Assembly (NCBI GenBank): GCA_002633005.1
Contig: NMRA01000178.1
Location: 282,520-346,519 of the forward strand
DNA from: Phoronis australis
Taxonomy: Eukaryota; Animalia; Phoronida
Length of the DNA: 64,000 bases
Direction: 5' to 3'
The notes under the pieces are model-generated. The model was not told where the DNA came from and searched no databases. It worked only from the letters and a program-made list of their open reading frames with translations. Shown one piece after another: positions 14,932-27,100 of the stretch (the first letter of the stretch is position 1; each line of letters opens with the position of its first letter). Made by a program: the position numbers and the translations under genes.

Positions 14932-17900
14932 CTATGAATGTTCTATTTGTTTACTAACTCTCTGCTCTTCATTTAAGGGAAATATCTTAGACTGCCGCTT
15001 AAACAAGTGTTGAGCGTTCAGAACTAGAACCGCTATGAGCAATACAAAAACGACACCTATTGTTAAGATAACAACAGAGAAGACCAGGGGATAGTCTGTA
15101 TCTGTGTCCATGCTGGCCTCTGTCCTCTGGTCACTTGCGTCCCGGCCCACACTTCGTTTTCCAAATTTCCGCCGCTGTTCTCTTTCAAGCTCGGCCTCCG
15201 CGATCTCTTTGTTCATCATCTCTTCTGTAATTAAATGATACGCCACTAATGAAACATGAACAGTATACATGATACCGCAAGTCGACGATGGAATATAGTC
15301 TCACACGCGGGCAGGGAAAATGTAGATTGAATGAGCAGGTACCGTTCAACTAACATCTGCTATCAAGAATTTGTAGCAGAAGACCGAAACTCAGTAGTGT
15401 GAATTTCAGCAACCTTCACCATATCGATATTTACATAATTTAATCTAATGCTTTTTGGTTACAATGGCTGTATTATCATAATCTTATGTTTTGTTGTATT
15501 TTCATAATCATTAGTTTTGTTGCATTTTTGTGATCTTTTTATTTAATGTCTCAATCTGATGATTTTGCAGCACACTGCCTGCAATATAATTCCTATACTT
15601 TTACATAGTGACCTTCGTGTTCAGGATGCACTGACCGCAATCGAGCCGAATATGGGTATAGTTGACTCTAGACGTGACGAAGCAAGTAAATATGTAAAAT
15701 AGATATGTTAGAGACTTGTGCAGATTTTAATGAAGAGCACTATAATAAATCTGAATAAGTATCAGAAACTGATCACGACAAAGGTTTATAAATGATAGCT
15801 TGATTTTCGTCAACTCAAACCTCAAGCAATGTTCTATGCGTTACAACATTTTGGGAAATAATTACAAAGCAACTTTTTGACTCAACAACGTGTTGCACAA
15901 AACGTAACCAAACATTTCTTGTCAAGTCCGAACACCTGAACAAAAAATTCAATTTTTGCTCACAATCCCTACCGCAAGATTAGTGCCGAATGTATTGCTT
16001 TGAAAAAAAAAAACAAAAACATGTGCGGTAACCGAAGATTGAACTACCTCCTAGTTTGTTTTGTCAATCTATTTACTACGCAAGCCAAGGTTTTGTAATT
16101 AACTACACCTCGGGCTGCACACCTATGATAACATGGTGGCCGACTTGCCTTTTTTGGCGCACATCGCCTCGTGACTAATGCGTTCCCCACTAACACAGCG
16201 CATGGCTTCCTCTGAATCGCCCGTGCATCCAATGCACTTTTTACCCTCCTCCGATCGACAGGCCTTCCGTCGGTACCTGACTCCGTCACCACATGTGGTA
16301 GAACAGTTGGACCACTGACTCCATACTGTGTAATGGCAGGACACTGGAAGCAAAGTACGGCACCTTAAGTACAATAAATGTCTCCGTTTTGCAAGGGGGG
16401 TGGGGGTCACGAAAACTTCCTGACGACTGGGGAAGGAAAGATTGTGATGTGTACAGGGACTTCAGAGTTTACAGACACAATATAAGAGGCAATTTAGTTT
16501 TGTAAAGGCCCACCCCCTAGTAACTAATTTTAAGCACCCAACACCCGGAACGACTGCCACTAGTTACGACTGCCACTGGGCCGCGTCGTCGGCGATAGTC
16601 GTGAAGAAAAAATGTTGAAGTCACGTTACGAGCATAGTGGATGAAACCAGCTAGTAGGCCTATGACTTACGTGTTCGATGGGACATAATATGCTTGTGTT
16701 TCATTTGCCTTTTACAAATGTGTCATACCTTGTCGCACTCGACACATATTGTCGTCCGTTCTACAATATGTATCGGTTTTCACTGCTTATATTGTCGCGC
16801 TCGCCGACAATATGTGTCGAGTGCACTACAGTATGTGTCCGACAATTGGACAACGGACGTCACTTTACAATGGATTGTGGCCATGCCGATCACCCACACA
16901 AGAGTAAAACAATTCAAAACAAAAAATAAACCCACATTTCGTGACCTGAATAGTATTTAGTTCATTTTGTACCTACTCCTGTTCTTTGTTATAACTTTGT
17001 AACGCCTATAATATCCATCAATCTCATTTTTTACCAAAATGTTAGTTTAAACATGTAATTTCCAGGTAGCGATTTTCAGTCCAACACATAGCTTAGGTGA
17101 CAAATTATCTACTCCATTTTTGGCTCTCATTCTAGTTCTGGTCTTGCGTTTATTCTGGTGAAACAGTGAGAGTGAGAACTGCAGTTCTCCAATCTATCTC
17201 GGATAAAATGTTTGTCATAGGCAGTATTTTTGGCGTCAGTTTTCACGGACATCATAATTTTTACGACAGAAAAACGCATTTCTTTTTGGTTTATTGTTGG
17301 ATGGAATAAAGTCTTTGAAATTATTGGCTTTGACCAGAGCTACAAATCAATGAAACCCGTGTTTTTTAAGTAATTTCATTGAAAATCGACAATTGCTTTG
17401 TTTGTCAAAGATTCACTGATTTTGCCAGTTAATTATCATTTATCGAATCGGAGTTAGCTCCGCCAGCGGAATATTTGACTGCGATCGCGAGAGTTCCGCG
17501 TTAGATTCCGTGCGAGCGGTCATATCAGAGAATCACGTTCCTCGCCCATAATGCCACTTCAATGCCCCACACAGCGGTAGCGGGGTCAAGCCGACTTCAA
17601 ACTCGAAATAAATCAAGTTACAGTGGCGGATCTAGGATATCACAAGGGGGGTCCAACATCTTGTCCGGTTGTAAGCATTTGCGCAAACCACGATTGTAGA
17701 TGCGCATAGCACCGAATGGGGGGAGGTCGGGAGGGGTGTTTGCCCCCCTCCCGCCCAGAAAATTTTTCTGTTTTTCTGATTTCTGATGTATTATCCAAGA
17801 AAAAAAGAAAAAAAAAACAGGAAAAATTCCTATTTTCACAGGCTCGAACTCTGGACCTGGCTGATAGGGCGCAAGTGCTTTGCCACAACATCACCACGAT

Positions 17901-19686
17901 TTCACTAATATTTCTATACTAAGAGACCTACTTGTTTATGGTCCACAGCGTTTGCGCGCGAAACCTACTTCTTTTTGTTATGCTTATTACACGTTTTATA
18001 TTTTGTGCAATCGGTTCTTAACAAATTTGTTGTATTTAAAATAGTCTTCAAATGCCCAAAAGACTAAATCCGTTTTTCGTGTTGGCAATAATGACGGGAT
18101 TGCTTTGGAAATCGTCTTAAGTTAAGGTTTGACAAAGTTTCTGAGTGATTCACTAAGGCTTCGATTAAAATTCACATCTTACCAGCAGCTTCTGTTTTTT
18201 CATCGTCACTCAGGTTCCATTTTCTTTAAAAAATGAAGTAAATTTTCTCCATTGCGCAGTGGAGCAGACGACGGAAACGGAGTCGTAGTGCGCAGCGCCA
18301 CTGCCGGTCGCCTGGGATATCGCGGGAGAGCTTATACTTAGCCATAGTCCCGTTACGAATGCGCCGTGTTCCGAATTTGACACTTGAAATTGGATCTGAG
18401 CCCCCCCCCCAAACACTGAAACTGCACACATTTAAATCTTTTTTCATCCGTATAATTTTAATTACCGGGGCAAATTAATAAACTTAACGTTTCCCTACGC
18501 TCTTGCTGTTTTAATTTTTTTGCGCCACCCAAGGGGGGGGGGCCCGGGCCCCCTGCCCCCCCTAAATCCACCTATGAGTTAGCAGTGGTGTATCTTTCTA
18601 TTAAATCATCATGAAGTCCGGCGATCTATGGTTTTTAACATGCGTAATAAGAAACGCAAATTCACTTTACTAAAAACTGGCAAAACAAAAAGTTCCAGCA
18701 CAAAACTAGTTCAAAACATTGGTTTTCAGGACTTTAAATTGCCTGTCTTCTGACGTTTCAATTGGTTAGCCTTTAAAAAAGCTCTCAATGTAGTGTAAAA
18801 CAATGAAAACATGACTTAAGTTGTGTGCGAGGCGATGCCAATAGAGGATTACAAGGTCTACAAAAATTTGAAAAAGCAACTTACCAGCAGACGTACGTAC
18901 ACCTGCGCGTTGGGGCTTCTCATGGTTATTGACCTCGTTCGGGTGAATGGTCATCCCGTTGAGAATTTTCAAGATGGCGTAAAGTTTATCTTCCATTGCG
19001 TTTTGTTCTGCTTTGATATTTTTTACATCGCTCTGTTTGATTTTATTTATCACCTTATTCGCAACATCGTTCGCCTTTTTATCGTGTTCCTTGATTAATC
19101 GCATTCTAAATTTTTCTTGAGGTACTTTTTTGGTTTTGTTCTTTTTGCGTGCTTCTTCCAATCGGTATCTGTCCAGGTTGCTCATCCCGGTGTCTTTCAT
19201 CAGCTCATCATCTCGCTCTAATTCCGTCAGAGGTCGGTGTCGTTCTAGCTCATTCTTCCTCTTCAGGTTTTTTCTTGCAGCATCTTTCCCCATAGCATGC
19301 AATTCCTTGTTCGTTAAATTTTTATTCTGGTTGCAATAATACCTTAAACAACTTTTTACATCACTGTCTTTTCCCTTGCACATCCCTTCTCGTTTAGTGC
19401 GCTTGCTGCCATGGTTGCAGACACGTGACCTGATCTCGTGACCAGTACCACACGATGCTGAACACTTTGTCCACTGCGACCATTCACTCCAACAAGACCC
19501 GCCACAGCCAGCCTCCCGCTTTTGAATGTTGACCAAGCCATACACGTCCTGAGCTATGTGCAAGCCGGTATCGCCATCTGCTGTTTGGAACATTTCCTCG
19601 AGGCTTTCTTTCGATTGATGGTTACACACTTTGCCACAAGCGACAAGAATTAAAAAGAGTGACCACTTTGATGCCATGAAGTTCAT
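14932..19686 (-). CDS. Uncharacterised type-I membrane protein with two thrombospondin type-1 repeats (~429 aa); exons 18885-19686, 16149-16343, 14932-15224
   Basis: Signal peptide MASKWSLFLILVACG; TSP1 #1 WSEWSQWTKCSASCGTGHEIRSRVC; TSP1 #2 WSQWSNCSTTCGDGVRYRRKAC; TM helix YPLVFSVVILTIGVVFVLLIAVLVL. All three exons join in phase 1 (donor G|GTAAGT at 18884, AG|GCAAGT at 16148; acceptors ttccag and ttacag). Confidence 0.8.
17621..18576. mobile_element. Non-autonomous DNA transposon with CAGTGGCGGATCTAGG-type TIRs and an apparent 5-bp TSD (AGTTA)
   Basis: Left end CAGTGGCGGATCTAGG; the right end reverse-complements to CATAGGTGGATTTAGG. AGTTA occurs at both 17616-17620 and 18577-18581. The interior is rich in G/C runs. 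Related ends occur at ~23060-23230 and 63891-64000. Confidence 0.65.
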
Positions 19687-21770
19687 TTCTTTGTTCTTTT
19701 TTAAAAAAATATGAAATTTACAGCAACGGCAGCAATATGCTTCAGTGATATGGTATCGTCTATATCTATGTGGTACACCAAATCTACTATACGACAGAAC
19801 GTGATGTGCAGGAGAAGGTAGTAAACAACGAGTGAGACGATAAGATGCCCTCCTCCACGGTTTGTCAAACAGGTGGCTAGTGAGAATATAAGGGTCGGGA
19901 AAAAGGACATACCTCGAACATTTACAGCAACAGGTGCGTCACAGGTTGTGACGTCATGGTAACGGGAATCATTGTGGGGGTCTGGCAGCGTGAAAGCAGA
20001 TAACATTTGACGTGTGGCTGTTACACAATAGAAAACTACTCTGGAATAACTCAACCGTAGTCATACAAGGGGGAAAGTATGTCAATATCGTTTCCTTTCA
20101 ACCTACAACTCTGACGGTTGTTTCCTTTTCAGCAAATCCAGTCATATATTTCATATTTAACTCTGGAGTCGCGTTATTAAGTCACTAGGGAACCTAATTC
20201 TATGTAATTTAAAGCTACACGACGTATTCCAGATATGAAATAGAGGTTCTTAAAAATCCTGATGACATTGTTTACGGATCTCTAAACAATTTTGGTTTTC
20301 ACTGAAGTTGAGTCAAGTTACATGACACCTGTTAATTCCAAAGCGATTATTGTAATATAATATTGGATATCTCATAATGTCATATTTATACAGAATAACG
20401 TGCGTCCGAATGGAACCTCTAACGGACGTGCATCTTCAAAGAATTTCACCTCCCAAAACGGCAGCTAGTCGCGGTGACTATCAAACATATTTTGCTTGGG
20501 TTGATCAACTCTCAAACTGCGGATTCGAAAATGCCGCATGTGCGCTTTGTGACCTTGCTGGTTCCCTACGTGCCAAGCCAGCACGCTGGCTACTGACCAC
20601 CTAGCGGCACGCAGGGAACCAGCCAGTGTCTGTGACTTAAGTGCCGACTCATTCGGCAAAGATTCAAAATGGGATGAGTGTGGTAAAACTTTAGGAATTC
20701 AACATTGACTGCTAAACGGGGGTAAAATACACATTTCAAAAAGTTTTTCAAAAACTTTAGAGGGTTCGACGCGCTTTCAATTTAGTTGAATGTTTTTTAA
20801 TATAGATATTTTGTATTTTGACATTTGGCTACTACAACTATGGAAAAATTGAGGATCGCCGAAGCCGATTTACCGTGCGCAAAGGCTCATCTGACAGAAA
20901 AGTGAAATTTATAGGTTACTAAAAACCTACCGTTAATTGAATTAATGATTGAAATCCTTTTGAGAGCGACTTAATTTCGTTGTACGATATAAATTTTATG
21001 TTTTAACAGCTTTAATTATATTTCCTGGTTTACCGATTTTCATACTGACCAATGGAGTTTCTATCACACATTATCGTGGCTTTATTCATTCAGTTCCTCA
21101 AGTTGCAATTTTTTAGCTTTTTCAGAATATGAGATTTAGACATAGCAATCTCTTAAAATGTTTCTGTGGTCACAAATTCAACTTTCAACCTGAGTTTAGG
21201 TTATAAACTGCGCAGAGACTGTTACTTAAAGAACTGTTATCGTTTCTTCACCCTTCACAAATCGGAAGAAGCTCCAATGCCCAGCTGTTGATCAGATAAA
21301 AACCCTTCAACAGCATTTAAATAAATGAAATATGCTTCTGTTTGTCACATTCATGTATTTCTTCGCTTTCTGCTGAAGTTAGTCCACAGGTTGTAATTGA
21401 AACGCACACTATTTCCAGTCCGAATAGATATTAGTGGCATAAGATTGTTTAAAGGTGTGCGTTATCTGCAATCAGTAATCTGATTTGTTTGTGCAAGTGA
21501 AAGCTTTTGTCTATTTGTTCTGTATTTTTACTTTTCAACCTAATACTCAGAGAAACGCTTGAACTGTCCATGTATTTTATTTATGCTCATTCACTGATTC
21601 GCTGGTTAAAATTCAGTTCACGACAGAAACGTGGTGGCTGTGGGAAATGCATGGATATGCCACGTACGTATTTTACACTATCTAAAAAAAAAAAAACAAA
21701 AAAAAAACAAAAAAAAAACGAAAAGCGCTCAGCACGGAGCTTGTAAATTAGACCATTAGTTTGGTTCTAG

Positions 21771-22346
21771 TTATTCATATTCAACAGCAATGCCGCAGCA
21801 CAACATTCTTCGCCATCGTGGAGCGACACTGTGACCCTTGGAAGAGGGGCTTGTTGGGACTTCGGTAGTGCGGCCACTTTTCCTAAAAGACGTCTTCAGT
21901 TTCTTGAAGAAACCCTGTTTAACATTTTGTGCATCATTAGCGAAAGCTGAGGTGCTGGTGTTACCCAAAACGTCAAGGCTGACTGCTTGAGAAGATATCG
22001 CATTGTTGGGCAATTCTGTGACACCATATGGTTTGCTGTCATCCTCACGAATGTATACAAAGTCAACTGATTTGTCGGTGCGAGATTTGGCAGGACAAAT
22101 TGCAGCCTGAAATAACGACGCGGGACCAGTGGGCTTGACGTTTTCCAGAAGCCGACCGTGAACGCTGTCTGGTTTGCAATGAATTGGAGATCTAACGATG
22201 GTCTCTTCAACATCAGTATCGGTTTTCTCTGCCGGAGTTTTCTCTGGCTTGTTAGCACTGCATGTAGCCGACACTGGTCCTTTTTTCTCCAGTAACTGGG
22301 GCTCTGCGGTTTCACATGCGTCGTTCTGCTCCATTTTTGTCGCCAT
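21771..22346 (-). CDS. Putative intronless orphan protein (~191 aa from AAAATGGCG at 22346; frame stays open to ~22630)
   Basis: An open frame of more than 850 nt in AT-rich DNA, with a good Kozak-like context at MATKMEQ. It has a disordered body, a basic amphipathic segment KQGFFKKLKTSFRK and a C-terminal RWRRMLCCG. No family recognised. Confidence 0.5.
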   Translation of the reverse strand: MATKMEQNDACETAEPQLLEKKGPVSATCSANKPEKTPAEKTDTDVEETIVRSPIHCKPDSVHGRLLENVKPTGPASLFQAAICPAKSRTDKSVDFVYIREDDSKPYGVTELPNNAISSQAVSLDVLGNTSTSAFANDAQNVKQGFFKKLKTSFRKSGRTTEVPTSPSSKGHSVAPRWRRMLCCGIAVEYE

Positions 22347-23280
22347 TTTCGTCTCGCATTCTATGAAATACTCGATGGGGGCTGTTTGCTTGTGGGTTAT
22401 GCGGTTTGCCTCTTTTCGGCTTAACAACTCACGCTGATAGCAACGCAAGTCATTTATATATCCATAGTAGATTTCCTTCACTCCAATGTCAGGCTCTGCT
22501 TCACTGGGGGCAATGGCAGCCTCCAATACATCGGCTAACCATTTTTCATCGACGGTGTTTGTACAATGCCGAAAAAGTCTCAAAATTTGATAACTTTTTG
22601 TATGACAGTTACTTGAGACGATTATAACTTTTCAACAGCGACTTGTTCGTTATGAAAATTGGTGTACGTTATTTTGTCGACCAACAGTTCTTGGGCAGTT
22701 TTTAATAACAATTTTCAACCAACTTTAAACTACCTGTTTTTGTTGACAAAGGAAGTTATTACATCCGAAAATTTCAAATTTCAGTTGATCCATTCTTGTT
22801 GTTTTATTTACCGATTTATATTCTTCATTTCATGAAACAATAGTATCCTTGGGAGGATCTGGATCGCCTTATTTAGTTTCAGATATATTTTCTACCTCAT
22901 TAAATTGCAAATGAAGAGGCAATTTACAAACAACGCCGCCGGCTCCTTCAGGGCCCGGAACTGATCTAATAAGTGAAACGAACTCGAAATAATTTTTTGG
23001 CAATTTCTCTGCTACTTTTGCGCGAGATAGGTGGTTTAGACTGAGAATACAGTTTACGCATATGAGGGGGGGGGGGGGGGNNNNNNNNNNNNNNNNNNNN
23101 NNNNNNNNNNNNNNNNNNNNNNNNNNNNNNNNNNNNNNNNNNNNNNNNNNNNNNNNNNNNNNNNNNNNNTTGTTCCTGTGTCCCCCCCCCCGGCCGCCCC
23201 CCCAACTCCGATCCTGGATCCGCCCCAGCAGTGGGGACGATCAGAAGCTGAGGACGCCTGTGCCAATACCTGCTGGTTGC

Positions 23281-23370
23281 CGCGAAACACAACTGTGTGA
23301 CAGATGTGCGCACGCCACCCAGTGGCGAAATTGCAAACACACACTTCCGCCAATCATCATTGGCTTTGAA
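23281..23370. promoter_or_regulatory. Probable CYB5R4 promoter (possibly shared with the divergent orphan ORF)
   Basis: Cluster of TGTGCGCACG (NRF1-like), CGCCACCCAGTGGCG (CTCF-like, 23313-23327), CACTTCCG (ETS, 23342-23349), CCAAT (23350) and ATTGG (23359). The first coding exon of CYB5R4 has an acceptor at 24088, implying an upstream non-coding exon. Confidence 0.55.
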
Positions 23371-24150
23371 GTGCTTCGAAAATTTTGAACAAGATGCATT
23401 TCACTGTTTGATCATTACAAAAAGTTGGATTGTGGTAGGTTTTGAAGGAACGAGAAAGCTCCCCTGGATTGCTGTGATACTTCAAAAAATGGTAGTTGGC
23501 AATTTTGTCTTCGTAATGAAAATGCTCATCATAGCTTGTTGATGTCAACGAATTGAATCACCACTCACATAGCTGGCCCGACACTGCTAGCCTTTCGAGA
23601 GTGCTGGTACTTCCCATGGGTAACTAGCTGGCGATAACGTTTGAGTACAAACATGTAAAGAAAACTAGAAAGCCCGACTATAATTCAGATTCTTCCGTTT
23701 TTGATGTTCTTTGATCCTTTTCTATTGCAAGTTGAATTAAATCCTATTTCAAGTGCAAACAACATGTTCACAGTCACATTTTCTTATGTACAAGTTTTAT
23801 TTTGGTTTTGTGACCTGTAATTTGCATTTAATGACAAAAAGTGAAAGGGAAATAATTGCAGTAGCATGTATTAATTGCTAACGTGTGCTTAGTTAACCCC
23901 CACCAGCCATCTACAACTTATTGCTAATCAAGCGCCACCTGGGGGAATCTCAATCAACAATCGTCATTCTGAGGAAGTCAATCACCCATCATTGACAAAA
24001 GTCTTAATGGTGAGGTTATTAACCTTGCTTGTGGTCAGATAGCCCTTTGCTAATACGCTTATGTGTATCTTCTTGTTGTTGTTTTAGCTTGACGTGCTCC
24101 AGCCTTAAGCTCAGTGCCTCCTCTGAACTTCTCGGCTGCAACTCCGTAGC

Positions 24151-27100
24151 ATGGACAAGAACAATCAACTGGGCGTGCCCTCATTTCCTGCCATGAGCTC
24201 ACAGCAGAGGCTGACTGTGGGTCAACCACAGATGGCAGCGCGTAACAAAGTAGCTCTCAAACAGGGCCGGTCTCTCATGGACTGGATTAGATTGTGTATG
24301 TATTGTTCATTATTTTCCTAATGCTACTGTATATTGGTCATTTCCTTACCCTACTGTATCTGTTCTGGTTAGAAGTGAGGTTTGACGTAATTCCCACCCT
24401 TACAATAGGTGGCTCTGTAGCAGCGTAACATAAACACTACACCCAACATACCCAACTTTGTCACCTTTGAACACCAATTTTCTTTGTGTACTCATCTTTA
24501 AGCCAATGTTACTATTGCATCTGTGTTATTACAGTATTGACGTTGCATATCAAGAAATATTTTACATTTAGGTATTTTGCTTTTGTATGAGGGATTTTTT
24601 AACATTATGTGGTTAAAAATTCCGCAATTTCTGACAAAAATTGCTGAAATTGATGTTCAAAGCCTTACTATATGCTGCAAGTGGTCAAAATTTTACTTAG
24701 AACTGTTTCACGGCAACTTAATCATACAAACCATATTAACAGCAAAGTCAAAATATTTTAGCTATTTTTGTTAAGAAATTTAACAAAAAGAAATTTACCT
24801 TGTGTCCTAGACTGGAGACTTGTACCGTCAGCAATGTTGTCTTGCGCTGTATCACCACCTTACATATAAATAGTAAGGCAAACTACTACTCGCATACTGT
24901 ATTTGCCTGGCTTGACGGCCCGGGGCAAAATTTGCAAATTTTCACTTTTAAACTCGGTTACTCAGCTTTACACCCATCTTCAGTTTGCCGGAGCAAGGTT
25001 TCCTTGAAGGTGCTTGTGTCTTTTGTTAGTGCCTGTCCCACACAAGTTTAGCTCCCACAGACTTGCTTTCTTGTTAGTAAGGAATATTCAGGACCCTCAG
25101 TGCCTCGATTTTGGGGCTGAATATTGGGGCCCCATTCTGTTATTAAAATATTTAAAAATCATGCAAAATTGCCTGATTGGAGGCCCAAAAATTCCCCTTC
25201 GATGATAGAAAATTCCTTCAACGTTAGAATCACTTCTGCAAAATGCTAGTATTGGCTACTTGAGCAGGGAGAGGGTGAAATTATTTTAACAAGAATGGGG
25301 AATTTCCCCTCAACGTGAAAATTTCCTTTTCAAAAGGCACAGGCACCTTTCCCCTCGGGTAGTCTTCTGCATTTTATTTGGCTCTTAAACGTGAGTGCTG
25401 GTGCGTGTACCTGAATCGACAATCTGAGTGAACCCCACCCCCAACTGCTCAGAAAATTAGTTTTAAAGTGTCCATGCTTATCCCCCACTACTTAATGTTT
25501 GAGTTCCCCAATTTAAGCACTTTGAGCATTAACTTGGCCGTGTGCGGTTTGATAATGTTCATTTTGTTTCAGGCAATGGTGGTCGGGACCTATCTGGTGT
25601 TGGTCCCAAAAAGTTGGTAGTGACACCTGATGAGCTGGCCAAGCATAACTCTGAAAAAGACTGTTGGATGGCAATAAATGGTAATGGATGGTGCTTAGAG
25701 TTCTGTTTGATATCATGAGGAGCCTGCGCTTGTTTAAGGAGATCTGACTTTTATTAATAAATAGCACTTCAGTATGGCAATTTATTTTGTGTAAATATTT
25801 GCTACAATTGGACTAATAGGATTGCTTACTTATTTCGCATTCTGCAGGTAAAGTTTACAATGTAACTGATTACATGGAGTACCATCCTGGTGGCATGGAA
25901 GAGTTGATGAGAGGGGCAGGGCAAGATGCTACTCATCTGTTTAATCAGGTGAGAGACACATTGTAACATGTTGCAACTCTACCTGGAGTACCGTCCTGGT
26001 GGCAAGGAGGAGTTGATGAGGGGCGGGGCAAGATGCCACTCATCTGTTTAATCAGGTGAGTGACACATTATAACATGTTGCAACTCTACCTGGAGTACCA
26101 TCCTGGTGGCAAGGAGGAGTTGATGAGGGGGGGGCAGGGCAAGATGCTACTCATCTGTTTAATCAGGTGAGTGACATATTATAACATGTTGCAACTCTAC
26201 ATGGAGTACCGTCCTGATGGCAAGGAGGAGTTGATGAGAGAGGCCTGGCATCTGTTTTATCAAGTGACACATTTATATGATATCTTGTAACTCTACATGG
26301 TGTACAATCCTCGTGGCATGGGGGAGGTGGCAGAGCAAGATGCTACTTATTTGTTTAATCATGTGAGAGACACATTATAACATGTTGCAACTCTACATGG
26401 GATACCATCCTGGTGGCAAGGAGGAGTTGAGGAGAGGGGCGTGGTAAGATGCCTCTAATCTGTTTAATAATCAGTGGATTGACACACTATAATGTGTAAC
26501 TTGTTATACATACATGTATTGTACTCTATACATGAGGAGACTGAGCAAAGTGTTAGATTGTCTGTAATATTGACTGGGTTCATGGAACTCTGTCCATGTT
26601 TACGAGGATTGAAAACTAAATTACAGCTCTTGTTTTTGGAATTTTATGATATGATCCTTCTGTGATTTGCATCTTTCTCCTTTAACCATAATATGGCAGT
26701 TCATTAAGCATTGTAATCTACAACTAATTAAAATATGGTAACTTCATTTTGAAGTATGCTACTTAACTATCTTTGAGCAAGCTTATTTAAGCTTGTGGGA
26801 TGAGCACCTATTATTTAATACAATTCTCCCGTGCTAACAACGCTTGGTAAGCTTGAACAAGGTTGCTCAACAATAATGGTCAACAATCCAAACAAAGCAT
26901 ATCTAAAAATCTTGTATAAGGTTGTTGGGCCAGTCGCCTTTTTTCAAAATTGAAGTCCAACCTTGAAAAACCTTGACCTCTTGGTAGCCATTGTTTTCCA
27001 AGATGGAATAAGCTTATTATAGCTATAATTCTTCAAGCTTGCGACCAATTGTTTTGTATAACCAAACTGAACAACCTTGAAGAACCTTGTAATCTGTCGA

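Noticed and set aside
25871-26500. Regular ~108-bp repeats as a CRISPR array or mutually exclusive exon cluster
   Set aside because: Eukaryotic intron, whole-unit duplications without unique spacers, no cas genes. The copies lack the exon's own acceptor and contain frameshifts.
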